Below the pieces are notes generated by a model. That model saw nothing but the letters and a program-made list of their open reading frames with translations, was not told the origin of the DNA and did no database searches. The position numbers and the translations under genes are program-made. Source: an uncultured delta proteobacterium (lineage in GTDB: Bacteria; Myxococcota_A; Polyangia; Polyangiales; B10-G4). From it: 64,000 nt of DNA. The stretch covers positions 320,001 through 384,000 of the forward strand of contig CAVSGI010000020.1 of assembly GCA_963727445.1 (NCBI GenBank), written 5' to 3'. Positions 48,789-58,966 of the stretch are shown here, piece after piece. The number at the start of each line of letters is the position of its first letter. The first letter of the stretch is position 1.

Positions 48789-49394
48789 TCAGGGGGCAGG
48801 CGCGAGGTAGTCCAGCGATATCAGGAGCGCCGCGCGGTCTCCGGCGAAGCGCCGCGTGTTTCCCTCGGGCATGGCGATGTCGTGGTCCGCCCAGGTCATC
48901 ACGGTGCGCGCCCGCACCCTCAGGCGGCGGCTCTCGGCGTCCCAGAAGACGAGGGCCTCGATCGTCTGCGGCTTGGTGATTCCGTGGACCGTGAAGTCCC
49001 CGTGGATCACCAGCGGCGTCCACCGGCCGGACTCGAGGTGGTCTGCACCCTCGACACCGGTCACCACCAGCTTCGCCTGTGGGTACTCGTCGATCTCGAG
49101 GAAGGGCGCGCGGCGGAACATCACGTCCCAGGCCGAGTCCTCGGTGGTGATCGAGACCATCATCACGACGACCTCGCCGTGGACGGTGGACAGATCGGCG
49201 GGGTCGAGCTCGAGGTGGCTCGCGACGGTGGAGAAGCGCCCCTCGGCCGGATGGGTGATGCCCGGGCCGCGACAGCGGAAGCGAACGGAGCCGTCCTCCT
49301 GAAGCGAGAAGCTCATGGGCTCGGCGTGCGCGGTGGCGGCCGCCATCAGGAAGGTGCCGAGGACGACACCGAAGATTCGAAGCTCCCTCATCAT
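48789..49394 (-). CDS. YceI-family protein
   Basis: Signal peptide; SITTEDSAWD..FLEIDEYP; GDFTVHGITK. Confidence 0.85.
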   Translation of the reverse strand: MMRELRIFGVVLGTFLMAAATAHAEPMSFSLQEDGSVRFRCRGPGITHPAEGRFSTVASHLELDPADLSTVHGEVVVMMVSITTEDSAWDVMFRRAPFLEIDEYPQAKLVVTGVEGADHLESGRWTPLVIHGDFTVHGITKPQTIEALVFWDAESRRLRVRARTVMTWADHDIAMPEGNTRRFAGDRAALLISLDYLAPAP

Positions 49395-49948
49395 TCGACC
49401 ACGATCTCCCGGCTGCCGACGTAGTAGCGCTCCCGGTCCTCTCCGGGCGCGATCTCCGCACCGAAGTTCATGTAGGCGCGGAGCTCGTAGGTCCCCGGCT
49501 CGCCGATCGTGCAGTGGAAGCCCGCTTCGTAGACGTGGGCTTCGCCGGGCTGGAGCGCGGCGGGCCCGGGCGCGGCGTCCGTCTGCGACTCGTCTCCGCA
49601 GGTGACGTGGTGGTCGTCTTTGACGAGCTGGAAGTCGATCATGCAGAAGCTCAGCTCGACCGGCGCATCCCCGGTGTTGGTGACCACGATCTCGGCCCGA
49701 TACTCATCGGGTACCCGCGCTCGATATCGCTCGCTCGGCGCCGGGTCGGGGCCCTGGACGAAGACGTTCAGCGAAGGGCGGGGCTGGAAGGGGCGGCCTT
49801 GTGGGGGCGTCGACACATCGCTCTGCACCGCGTCTTCATCGCCGGCGCTCCCTGGCTCGGGCTCGGGCTCGGCCGCGGGCGCGCTCGAAGCCCCGCACGC
49901 CGCGAGGAGGTAGAGGAGAGCGACGAGGCGCTTCGGGTGGCGTGCCAT
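49391..49948 (-). CDS. Hypothetical lipoprotein with Ig-like domain
   Basis: Lipobox LAAC; VTNTGD..LQPGE..PGTYEL. Confidence 0.75.
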   Translation of the reverse strand: MARHPKRLVALLYLLAACGASSAPAAEPEPEPGSAGDEDAVQSDVSTPPQGRPFQPRPSLNVFVQGPDPAPSERYRARVPDEYRAEIVVTNTGDAPVELSFCMIDFQLVKDDHHVTCGDESQTDAAPGPAALQPGEAHVYEAGFHCTIGEPGTYELRAYMNFGAEIAPGEDRERYYVGSREIVVE

Positions 49949-49978
49949 GAGAGCGACGTATTCGCGGTGACCTCCCTG

Positions 49979-51604
49979 TCAACGCCCGATACGGTCGATC
50001 AGCGTCTCGATACGGTGCCGTTCGCGCGGGTCTGTGGATGCGGTCATGCGGTCGCGCAGATCGGCGAGCGCTTCGTCACCATAGATGCGCTGAATCAGAC
50101 GCATCGCGCTCTCGCCGTATCGGCCGGGCACGGCGATCATGGCGATCAGATCCGCGCGCATGAACTCGTTGCCCCGGGCGCTGGGATCGATGCGATGAAC
50201 CATGACGTAGCGGGAGAGCGCGTCGCGGTACCAGTGCTGGTTCGTGTAGTCGTGGGCGAGGATCAGCGAAGGCCGGGGGTCGTCCTGATGCGCGCCCTGG
50301 TAGTCGAGGAGCGCACGCTGCTCGGACCGCGTGAGGGGAGTGCCCGCGCTCACGCTCGCGAGGAGCGCCTGAAGGCCGGGCGGCGCGCCGCCGCGGAGCG
50401 GATCGGAGGGCGGAGGGCGTGAGCCGAGGGGCGGGAGCTCGTCCTCGCCGATGACCATCACCCCGTCCTCGCTTCCTTCGTCCTCGATCTCGTAGGTCTC
50501 CGCGACTTCCTCCTCGTCGTCGCTCGTCCCGACCACCAGCGCGATCACGCCGGCCCCGATGACCATCAGGGTCAAGAGCGCCAGCGCGGCGCCCGCCACG
50601 AAGAGCAGAGGTTGGGTGGCGCTCGCGGGGATCGAGGGCGACTTCTTCGGGGGCGGGGTGGTGCCGCGCGCGGGCAACGCCTCCCCCGGCGCCGCGGCCG
50701 GCGGCTGGGGGAGCGCCTCGAGCGCGCGCTTCATCTGCTCGGCGGACGCGAAGCGCTCGTCACGCCCCTTCGCGAGCGCCTTCTTCAAGAAGGCGTCCAG
50801 CTCGGGCGTGAGCGTGAGCCCGGGTCGGAGCGATTCGGGCGGCGGCACCTCGGCGGTGAGGTGGCTCCGCACCGTGTCCAGCTTGTCTTCGTGGACGAAG
50901 GGCGGGCGCCCCACCAGCATCTCGTAGAGGATGATGCCAAGCGCGTAGAGGTCGGCCCGGCCGTCCGCGGTCGACGCCGTGGTCTGCTCGGGCGCCATGT
51001 AGCTGGGCGAGCCGATGACGGTGCCGAGCTTGGTGAGCGTGGCGTCTGCCGTGACGTCGGTCTGGGGATCGGCGATGCGCGCGAGGCCGAAGTCGACGAT
51101 TCGTACGCGGAGCGGCCCGTCGGTCTCGGTCTGCAGCATCACGTTGCCCGGCTTGAGATCGCGGTGGACCACTCCTCGGGCATGCGCCGCGATGAGGGCG
51201 TCCAGGATCTGACGGGTGATCTCGATCGCCTCGGCGACCGTTGGTGGCCCCGCGGCCAGACGCTGAGAGAGCGACTGCCCCTCGATGAGCTGCATGGCGA
51301 GGTAGGGCGCGCCCTCGAACGATCCGAAGTCGGTGATCGCGACGATGTTCGGATGATCGAGGGCGGAGAGCGCGCGGGCCTCGCGCTCGAAGCGCTTTCG
51401 GAGCTCTTCGTGGTCGGCGAAGATGTCGTGCATCACCTTGAGGGCCACGAAGCGACGCAGGCCCTGGTGCTCGGCGCGGTAGACGACGCCCAGCCCGCCC
51501 ACGCCGAGGACGCCCTCGATGCGGTAGCGCCCGTCGATCACCTGCCCGACGCGCTCTTCGGCGAGGGCGTGCAGATGCCCGGGGTCCGGCTCTTTCAGCG
51601 GCAT
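49979..51604 (-). CDS. Transmembrane Ser/Thr protein kinase
   Basis: LGVGGLGVVY, HRDLKPGN, DFG, GSPSYMAPE; TM. Confidence 0.95.
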   Translation of the reverse strand: MPLKEPDPGHLHALAEERVGQVIDGRYRIEGVLGVGGLGVVYRAEHQGLRRFVALKVMHDIFADHEELRKRFEREARALSALDHPNIVAITDFGSFEGAPYLAMQLIEGQSLSQRLAAGPPTVAEAIEITRQILDALIAAHARGVVHRDLKPGNVMLQTETDGPLRVRIVDFGLARIADPQTDVTADATLTKLGTVIGSPSYMAPEQTTASTADGRADLYALGIILYEMLVGRPPFVHEDKLDTVRSHLTAEVPPPESLRPGLTLTPELDAFLKKALAKGRDERFASAEQMKRALEALPQPPAAAPGEALPARGTTPPPKKSPSIPASATQPLLFVAGAALALLTLMVIGAGVIALVVGTSDDEEEVAETYEIEDEGSEDGVMVIGEDELPPLGSRPPPSDPLRGGAPPGLQALLASVSAGTPLTRSEQRALLDYQGAHQDDPRPSLILAHDYTNQHWYRDALSRYVMVHRIDPSARGNEFMRADLIAMIAVPGRYGESAMRLIQRIYGDEALADLRDRMTASTDPRERHRIETLIDRIGR

Positions 51605-51611
51605 GGTCCCA

Positions 51612-53516
51612 TCACTCGGCGGGGACGGCTTGCTGAAGGTACGTCTTGCCCTTGTACGTGTAGGCCAGGCCCATGAAGAGGACGGCGCCGGTGACCATCA
51701 AGCCGGTGAAGAGCCAGAAGAAATCCGACAGGTCGAGGATCGACTCCATGGGCGCGAGGAACGCGACCAGGACGTTGCCGAAGGTCACACAGAGGAGCCA
51801 GAAGCCCATGATGGTCGACTTCATCGCGCGCGGGGCCTGGGTGTAGGCGAACTCGAGGCCGGTGACCGAGACCAGAACCTCGGCGGTGGTCATGATCAGA
51901 TACTGACCCACCTGCCAGAGGACGTGAACCTGCTCGCCCGCTTCGGCGAGCGATTCGATCTGTTTCTGCAACAGAGCGGCCCAGGCGAAGGCGGCGGCCG
52001 CGGTGAACATCCCGACCGTCATCTTCTGCAGGGGGCGAACCTCGATGCCGCGCTTCTTCAGCGGGCCGTACACGAGGACGTTCAGGCCCGGGATGATCGC
52101 CATGACCATCAGCGGGTTGAGCGCAGAGATCTGGGCCTTCTTGAGCTCGAGGTCCCAGATGTCGCCGCTCGTCGTGTCGAGGACGCCCGCGATCACGAAG
52201 CCGGTGACCACGACGCCGCCCACCGCCAGGCTGACCTTCTTGGGGATCGTGTGGTTGGCGACGTAGGTGAAGAGCCAGGTCCCGCCGTAGAGAGCGAGAC
52301 CGACCGCGGCCGCGATGGAGAAGTAGCCGGTGTGGAGCGGCAGATGGACCATCAGATCCATCTGTCCGGCCTGCTTGATCCAGGTCGAGGCGTGCTGATC
52401 GAAGAGCGCCCAGAAGACGCTGACCATGGAGAAGACCAAGGCGATGCGCAGGACGGCGGGCGGACCCTCGGCCGCCTCGTCGCCGAAGTGATCGCGGGCG
52501 ACGTCGAAGAAGCCCTGACCCTCCTTGCGCGCTGCGCGGTGCTTGAAGCTGTAGAACAGGACCGCGAGGAAGCCCTTGTCCTCCTTCTGATGCTGTCGCG
52601 CGTTGAACACCGCGAGGCCGATGCCGAAGAGGACCGCCGCCACCACGAAGTACCACCAGGAGTGCGCGGCGATGTAGCTCAGGTAACTCGACAGGTACGT
52701 GCCGTAGAACTCGCCGGCGCTCAGGCCTTCGGCGCTGGGCGGCTCGTAGTGATGGCCGGCGACGAAGACCGCCACGATGATCGCGACGATCGGCGTGAAG
52801 AGGAGCGACGAGGCGATGAAGTCCATCAGCCCCAGGCGGCCGCCGGGGTTCGGTGGGACGTGAACGAAACGGTTTCGGCCGAGCCAGAAGACCAGGGTCG
52901 CGATGCCCATCAGGATGCCGGGCACGCCGAAGGCGACCTCCGGCCCGTACCACTCGAAGAGGAGCGGTGTGATGATCGTCGAGAAGAACGAGCCGAAGTT
53001 GATGATGAAGTAGAAGATCTGGAAGACCTGGGTCACCAGCGAGGAGTTCTCGGCGGTGAACTGATCGCCGACGTTCGCGGAGACGCAGGGCTTGATGCCG
53101 CCGGCGCCGACGGCGATGAGGCAGAGGCCGAGGTACATCCCCATCTCGGCTTCGCCGTACATCTGCCATTCGGCGAAGCGGCCGGCGACGGCGAGGACGG
53201 CGTGGCCCGCGCAGTAGAGGAGGGAGACCCAGAGGATGATCGGGTACTTGCCCTTGTAGCGGTCCGAGAGGATCGCCCCGATCATGGGGAAGGCGTAGAC
53301 GCCGGCCATGAAGAGGTGCGCGACGGCGGTGCCGCGCGCCTCGGCCTCCGCGGTCTGCTCGGGGGTGACGTCCGGGGCGAACTGCAGGTAGAGCGCGGTC
53401 AGGTAGACGTAGAGGATGGCGCGCATCCCGTAGTAGCTGAAGCGCTCGGCCCCCTCGTTGCCGACGATGAATGGGATCCCTGCCGGGAACTTCGGACGTG
53501 CCGCGGTCTCGCTCAT
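51612..53516 (-). CDS. POT/PTR family proton-dependent oligopeptide transporter
   Basis: NEGAERFSYYGMRA (ExxERF), GGIKPCVSA..GDQF, FYFIINFGS, GLEFAYTQAP. Confidence 0.95.
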   Translation of the reverse strand: MSETAARPKFPAGIPFIVGNEGAERFSYYGMRAILYVYLTALYLQFAPDVTPEQTAEAEARGTAVAHLFMAGVYAFPMIGAILSDRYKGKYPIILWVSLLYCAGHAVLAVAGRFAEWQMYGEAEMGMYLGLCLIAVGAGGIKPCVSANVGDQFTAENSSLVTQVFQIFYFIINFGSFFSTIITPLLFEWYGPEVAFGVPGILMGIATLVFWLGRNRFVHVPPNPGGRLGLMDFIASSLLFTPIVAIIVAVFVAGHHYEPPSAEGLSAGEFYGTYLSSYLSYIAAHSWWYFVVAAVLFGIGLAVFNARQHQKEDKGFLAVLFYSFKHRAARKEGQGFFDVARDHFGDEAAEGPPAVLRIALVFSMVSVFWALFDQHASTWIKQAGQMDLMVHLPLHTGYFSIAAAVGLALYGGTWLFTYVANHTIPKKVSLAVGGVVVTGFVIAGVLDTTSGDIWDLELKKAQISALNPLMVMAIIPGLNVLVYGPLKKRGIEVRPLQKMTVGMFTAAAAFAWAALLQKQIESLAEAGEQVHVLWQVGQYLIMTTAEVLVSVTGLEFAYTQAPRAMKSTIMGFWLLCVTFGNVLVAFLAPMESILDLSDFFWLFTGLMVTGAVLFMGLAYTYKGKTYLQQAVPAE

Positions 53517-53630
53517 CTGGGGTCCCCCTCGAAGAGTCGCGGGAACCTAGCACTACTTGATCGGGGTGGCGGCCGATGATCGCCCCGAGCAGGGGTTTTC
53601 GAGCAACCGGGCGCTCCGGTGGGCGATTTT

Positions 53631-54326
53631 TCAGGGGAAGACGGTCGAGCAGTCCGGCTCGGCGAGCCGCTCGGCGTCGAGGGCCCGCAACAGATCGACG
53701 AGGGCTTGGACGCCCGCCGGAATGGGTGTGCACGAGCCGGCGCTGCCGCAGGGTGAGCCCACCACGAACGTGGCCCCCGATTGGGAGACCTGGAAGACGG
53801 ATCCGTCCACGGGGCGCATGTCGACGCCGTAGGTGACGGGTGCCGCAGCGAAGGCGGCGACCACGTCTGCGTCGGCGAGGGCCGCGTTCACGTCGTCGAT
53901 GGTGATCGCATCAGCGGCGCTGCCGCAGGGGACGTCGTTGCTGCAGGTGGTGGTCGTCCCGCCGGCCGAGAAGTCGGTCTCGGTGAGCGTGTAGGTGCGG
54001 CACGGGCTCACCTTGGAGGCGCGGCTCGACGCGACGAGTCCACCGGTGTTGCCCCAGGAGAGCTCGGCGGCGATGCAAGCGCTGCAGCTCCCGCCGTCGG
54101 AGGTCGCGTCGGGCGCGGCGTCGGCGGTCGCGTCGCTTGCGGCGTCGGCGGCCGCGTCGGAACCCGTGCCGGTGTCGGTCGCGGTTCCGGTGTCGGCTGC
54201 GGTGCCGGTGTCGGTCGCGGTGCCGGTGTCGGAGCCGGTGCCGGTGTCGGTGGCGCCCCCGTCGTCACCACAACCGACGAGGACGAGGAGGGTCGCGAGG
54301 AGTGAGGAGAAGGCCAGCGTACGCAT
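53631..54326 (-). CDS. Hypothetical lipoprotein with DTGT repeats
   Basis: Lipobox LVGC-GDD; (xDTGTx)n linker. Confidence 0.8.
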   Translation of the reverse strand: MRTLAFSSLLATLLVLVGCGDDGGATDTGTGSDTGTATDTGTAADTGTATDTGTGSDAAADAASDATADAAPDATSDGGSCSACIAAELSWGNTGGLVASSRASKVSPCRTYTLTETDFSAGGTTTTCSNDVPCGSAADAITIDDVNAALADADVVAAFAAAPVTYGVDMRPVDGSVFQVSQSGATFVVGSPCGSAGSCTPIPAGVQALVDLLRALDAERLAEPDCSTVFP

Positions 54327-54335
54327 CGCCGGAGG

Positions 54336-55895
54336 TTAGCCTGCGCCGAGGATCCGATCGAGCAGGGCGCGGTCGCCCTGCACCGCGGTGCGCTGCATGT
54401 AGAAGGCGAGGCCGCGCTCGCCGCCGAGCTCCTCACCGCCGCCGGCCCGCCCCGGGCCCCCGTGCACGCAGCTCGGGAGCACCAGACCCGGCGAGATCGC
54501 CTGGTCCGCCACCTTCTTGCTGCCGGCGAGGACGCGGCCGCTGAAGGGCGCGAGGCCGAGGATGAGCGCGCCGAGCTCCTTCTTGTCGTCGGAGTACACG
54601 CTGGCGACGAGGCCACCGCCGCCGCGGGCCACGAGAGCGACGGCTTCTTTGGCGCCCTCGTAGGGCATCAGCGTGGAGATCGGACCGAAGACCTCGTGCT
54701 GATGCACGACGCCCGCATCGGCCGGCGCGTCGTGACGCAACAGGACCGGTCCCACGAAACAGCCCTTGTCGGCGTCCGCGCCCACCAGCTCCACGGAGTC
54801 GGGGTCGCCCCAGGCGACCTTGCACCCAGCTTCGAGGAGCTTCTCGGTGCCGGCGCGCACGTCCTCGAGCTGCTGCCTGTTGGCCAGCGGGCCCATGCGC
54901 ACCTCGTCGATGGCGGGGTCGCCCACCTTGATCACCGACAGCGCCTCGCCGAGGTCCTCGATCACCCGGTCGATCATCGACGCAGGCACGAAGATGCGGC
55001 GCGTCGCGGTGCACTTCTGGCCGGTCTTCTGCGTGATCTCGCGGCTGACGTGCCGGATGAACATTTGATAGGTGTCGCTGCCCGCATCCACCCCTTCGCC
55101 CAGCACAGTCGCGTTGAGGCTGTCGGCCTCGACGTTCAGGCGGACCGAGTGCGCGATCACGTTGTCGAGGCGCCTGAGCCGTGCGCCGGTGTCGGCGGAG
55201 CCCGTGAAGGCGAGGACGTCCTGGCCGCGGAGGTGCGTCAGGAGATCACCGGCGCCGCCGCAGACGAAGGAGAGCACCCCCTCGGGGAGGACCTTCGCGT
55301 TCACCAACGTCTGCATCAGCCGGTAGGCGGGAAGCGCGGTGCTCGTGGCGGGCTTCGTCACCACGGGCATGCCGGCGAGGATGGCGCAGCTCGCCTTTTC
55401 GGCGAGACCCCAGGCCGGGAAGTTGAAGGCGTTGACGTGGACGGCGACGCCGCGGCGCGTCGTGAGCAGATGGTGGCCCCAGAAGCGCGGGCTCCGGGTC
55501 AGCTGCTCGCCTTCACCTTCGAGGAGATGCTTTCGGTCGCCGAGCTTCTTTCCGAGGCCCGCGTAGTAGGCGAGGGTGCCGGTGGCGCCGTCGATGTCGA
55601 ACTTCGAGTCGGAGCGCGTGGTGCCGGCGTTGACGGTCGAGGCCTCGATGAGCTCGTCGCGTGCTTCGTGCAGCACCTTCGACATCTGCTCGAGGAGCGC
55701 CCCTCGCTCGGCGAAGGTGAGATCGCGGAGGGCGGCGCCACCCACCTCCCGGGACCAGGCGAGGGCGCTTGCGAAGTCCAGACCTTCGGTGCTCGTCTCT
55801 GCGACGGTGTCACCGGTGGTCGGGTTGGACAGGACCGACTTCTTTCCGGTCCCCTTCTTCCACTGCCCCTCGAGGTGGCTCTCCAGCTCGATCAT
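54336..55895 (-). CDS. Aldehyde dehydrogenase of the 3,4-dehydroadipyl-CoA semialdehyde DH / PaaZ-N family
   Basis: HVNAFNFPAWG, FTGSA, EADSLN, GQKCTA, HEVFGP, HGGPGRAGGGEELGG; SD GGAGG. Confidence 0.9.
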   Translation of the reverse strand: MIELESHLEGQWKKGTGKKSVLSNPTTGDTVAETSTEGLDFASALAWSREVGGAALRDLTFAERGALLEQMSKVLHEARDELIEASTVNAGTTRSDSKFDIDGATGTLAYYAGLGKKLGDRKHLLEGEGEQLTRSPRFWGHHLLTTRRGVAVHVNAFNFPAWGLAEKASCAILAGMPVVTKPATSTALPAYRLMQTLVNAKVLPEGVLSFVCGGAGDLLTHLRGQDVLAFTGSADTGARLRRLDNVIAHSVRLNVEADSLNATVLGEGVDAGSDTYQMFIRHVSREITQKTGQKCTATRRIFVPASMIDRVIEDLGEALSVIKVGDPAIDEVRMGPLANRQQLEDVRAGTEKLLEAGCKVAWGDPDSVELVGADADKGCFVGPVLLRHDAPADAGVVHQHEVFGPISTLMPYEGAKEAVALVARGGGGLVASVYSDDKKELGALILGLAPFSGRVLAGSKKVADQAISPGLVLPSCVHGGPGRAGGGEELGGERGLAFYMQRTAVQGDRALLDRILGAG

Positions 55896-55914
55896 CGCGC
55901 CCTCCGCGTCTCTG

Positions 55915-56551
55915 TCAGAATTCGAGTCGATAAGATCTCTCGAATGTCGTCGAGGATCTCCTCGAACGGGATTTCGAGGTCGTGGATGATGCCGTCGGAG
56001 AGGTCGTAGACCCATCCGTGCACCACCGGAAACTGCCGCTTCAGGAAGTGCTTCTGAACGCTCGCGCACTTCATGATGTGCATGCACTGCTCCTGGACGT
56101 TGAGCTCCACCAGGCGGCGGTAGCGCAACTCCTGGTCCTCGATGGCGTCGAGCTCGGTCTTGTGGAGTCGGTACACGTCGCGGATCTCTCGGAGCCAGCC
56201 GTTGAGGAGACCGAGATCCTTGGGCTGCATCGCCGCCTTCACTCCGCCGCAGCCGTAGTGGCCGCAGACCACGATGTGGTCGACCTCGAGGTGGTTGACC
56301 GCGTACTCGATCACCGAGTGCGCGTTGAGGTCGGTGTTGACCACGATGTTGGCGATGTTTCGATGGACGAAGACATCGCCCGGGGAGAGCCCCATGATCT
56401 GGTTGGCCGGGACGCGGGAGTCCGCGCACCCGATGTAGAGGAAGTCCGGGTTCTGTCCCGTCGAGAGCTTCTCGAAGTACTCGGGATCCGCCTTCTTCTG
56501 TTCTTCGACCCACTTCTTGTTGTTGACGAAGAGCTGCTCGTACTTGTCCAT
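55915..56551 (-). CDS. can: Beta-class carbonic anhydrase (Can-like); +1 indel near 55933
   Basis: IGCADSRVP, FVHRNIAN, CGHYGCGG; GAG ATC (T) TAT CGA CTC GAA TTC TGA restores ...IREIYRLEF*. Confidence 0.88.
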
Positions 56552-56618
56552 TGCTCCTCCGAGCGGGGAACCATCGCGCCTGAACGGTCGGACGGCAACC
56601 CCTGAAAAGAGCGCCGTT

Positions 56619-58385
56619 TCAGCGCTCGACGACGATCTGGATCACGGACCCGCTCTCGGGGCGGGCTTCGACGTGGTTGGGTGGGGTGAAGGAGAGCGCG
56701 GAGCCCGGCGGGGCAGGCGTCTGGAACTCCTCGTCGCTCATCGAGCAGTCGACGAAGCCGGAGATCGGGCTGCCGAAGAGCCGCACGCCCCCGCACTCGA
56801 GCTGGACGTGGCAGGTCGACCCGAAGGACGAAACGTCGTGCGCGATCTTCATCGCGCACACGTCGCCGGGCTGCACGTCACTGCGACCGAAGACCGACGT
56901 CACCTCACCGACGATCGTCTCGTGCCTCGAGTAGGGATCCAGCCACGCGAGATATCCCGCGACCAGCCCGAGGGCGACGAGCCCCGCGACGGAGGCCTGG
57001 TGCCCCCGCAGCGCGCGGCGGACCGTGGCCCGAACCTCTTCGGCGGCGCCGACGATCAAGAGCGACTCCGGACCGGTGGCGGAGACCTCCAGCTCGCCGG
57101 CCTTCTTCTCGAAGCGTCCCAGGACGAGCACTTCGTCTCCGACGTCGATCTCCTCTGCGACCCGGGCCTCGATGGCGGTGTCGCTCTTCGAGAGCTCGGC
57201 GCTCCGTTTGGTGCTGCCGAAGAGCGCACCCCCGGGGCGAACGTGGACCATCGTTTCGTCGGCGGTCCTCCCACAGAGCTCGAACTGCTCTGCCTGGTTC
57301 AGCTCGTCGCCCCGACCGAACTCCCAGGTCATCGCGCCGTCGAGGCTCTTGGAGGCCGTGCGCTCGCGCCGGAGCTTGCCGCGGTCGACCGAGAGCACGA
57401 CGGACCGCATGCCCGACTCACCGGGGTGGTACTCGGGCGCGCCGAGGAGCATCCGCAAGAGCGGTCCACTGCGGCGCTCGTCCCACGCGATGCGTACGGC
57501 GAAGAAGATGGACAAGAGGGCGGACAGCGCGAGCAGCACGCGGCAGACCGTCCCCAGGCCGAAGCCGATGAAGACGAAGCCGAGGCCGAAGGCCACAATC
57601 GCGAGGCCGACGATGCCGGTGAGCTCCGGCGTGCTCCATCGCGCGGGGGCGCGGCGCGGTTCGACCGCGGGCGTCGCGAAGGAGGGCAAGAACCTCCGGC
57701 GCCGAACCACCATCGTCGACAGGGCGGTGAGCAAGATCCCCGCGGCCGGCAGGACCACGCGGAGGGCGGACGGTCCCGTCTGCGTGAAAGAGAGCGCGAG
57801 GCCCGCGATCGCGACGACGATGCCTGCGCCCAGCCCCGCGAGCGGCAGCCGAACCGGAATGTCCTCCGGCGCCTTGCGCGAGGCGCGCCGCGCGTTTCGC
57901 CGTTCCTCTTCCTTTTTCTGCTTCGCGTCCGCTTCCTCCTGCTGCCAGCGCGAGAGGGCGTCTTCGGGAGCGTCGCCCTGCGCGACCACCCGCGCTTCGA
58001 GCGCACGCCGCTCCACCTTCGCCCCGCGATAGCCATCGGGCGTGAGGTGGCCGTCCTCGTCGCCGAGAACCGCGACGAGGTCTCCAGGTTTGATGGCCAC
58101 CCCCGAGAGCGCGACCTGTACGTGGTCGCCCGGCGCCTCTCCGTCGAAGGGTCGGCTCAGCGGATCGTCCAGGAGGTCGCCCCACTTGCCGCGCTCGTCG
58201 CGAGGCTCCACCAGGACGGTGGCGCGGCTGGTTTTCACCTCCACCGTGCCGCCGTCGTCGGTCGTGATCGTCACGACGCCGCGTTTCAGGTGACGCGTAG
58301 GATCGCCGCCAGCGATGCGTAGCTCGGCGTCGTAGAGGAGCGGCTCCTCCCCCTCACCAGCGACCCTCCCCGTGACGATGGTCAT
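56619..58385 (-). CDS. Hypothetical multi-pass membrane protein
   Basis: Long ORF with typical codon usage; about 5 TM segments. Confidence 0.7.
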   Translation of the reverse strand: MTIVTGRVAGEGEEPLLYDAELRIAGGDPTRHLKRGVVTITTDDGGTVEVKTSRATVLVEPRDERGKWGDLLDDPLSRPFDGEAPGDHVQVALSGVAIKPGDLVAVLGDEDGHLTPDGYRGAKVERRALEARVVAQGDAPEDALSRWQQEEADAKQKKEEERRNARRASRKAPEDIPVRLPLAGLGAGIVVAIAGLALSFTQTGPSALRVVLPAAGILLTALSTMVVRRRRFLPSFATPAVEPRRAPARWSTPELTGIVGLAIVAFGLGFVFIGFGLGTVCRVLLALSALLSIFFAVRIAWDERRSGPLLRMLLGAPEYHPGESGMRSVVLSVDRGKLRRERTASKSLDGAMTWEFGRGDELNQAEQFELCGRTADETMVHVRPGGALFGSTKRSAELSKSDTAIEARVAEEIDVGDEVLVLGRFEKKAGELEVSATGPESLLIVGAAEEVRATVRRALRGHQASVAGLVALGLVAGYLAWLDPYSRHETIVGEVTSVFGRSDVQPGDVCAMKIAHDVSSFGSTCHVQLECGGVRLFGSPISGFVDCSMSDEEFQTPAPPGSALSFTPPNHVEARPESGSVIQIVVER

Positions 58386-58390
58386 CGCGC

Positions 58391-58966
58391 TCAGCTCCCG
58401 AAGCGCCCCACCAGCGCTTCGACGCGCTCGATGAAGCCGGCCTCGTGATAGCGCTTGAAGTGGGTCCAGGTGCAGAGGGTGGTCGGGTCGGTGACGCGAT
58501 CGACGAAGAGCTTGCCGTCGAGATGGTCAATCTCGTGCTGGAAGGTTCCGGCGCTGAGGCCCTTGATCACCCGATCGATGTCGTTGCCTTCGCGGTCCCA
58601 GGCGCGGAGGCGGATCTCGACGTGCCGCTCGACCACCCCCCGGAGGTCGGGAACGCTCAGACAGCCCTCGTAGTTGGCGAAGGTCTCGTCGCCGATGGGC
58701 ACCAGATGCGGGTTCACCAGCACCGTGAGCGGGATCTTCGGCTTGTAGGGATAGCGCGGGTTGTCCCCCACCTCGATCACGCAGACGCGAAGCGGCGTGT
58801 GGACCTGATTGGCGGCGAGCCCAGCACCATTCGCCTCGCGCATGGTGTCGATGAGGTCGTCGACCAGCTGCTGGACCAGCGGTGTCGAGAGCTCGTCGCG
58901 GGTCACGGGGCGCGCCTTCTGGCGCAACACCGGATGACCGATCTGGGCGATCCGCCTGAGGGTCAA
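58391..58966 (-). CDS. def: Peptide deformylase
   Basis: GAGLAANQ, EGCLS, QHEIDHLDG. Confidence 0.95.
   Translation of the reverse strand: MTLRRIAQIGHPVLRQKARPVTRDELSTPLVQQLVDDLIDTMREANGAGLAANQVHTPLRVCVIEVGDNPRYPYKPKIPLTVLVNPHLVPIGDETFANYEGCLSVPDLRGVVERHVEIRLRAWDREGNDIDRVIKGLSAGTFQHEIDHLDGKLFVDRVTDPTTLCTWTHFKRYHEAGFIERVEALVGRFGS

Noticed and set aside
53075..53086. Partial match to the palindrome (CGCGGAGACG) in the POT gene
   Set aside because: Half-site only, explained by the conserved CVSA peptide
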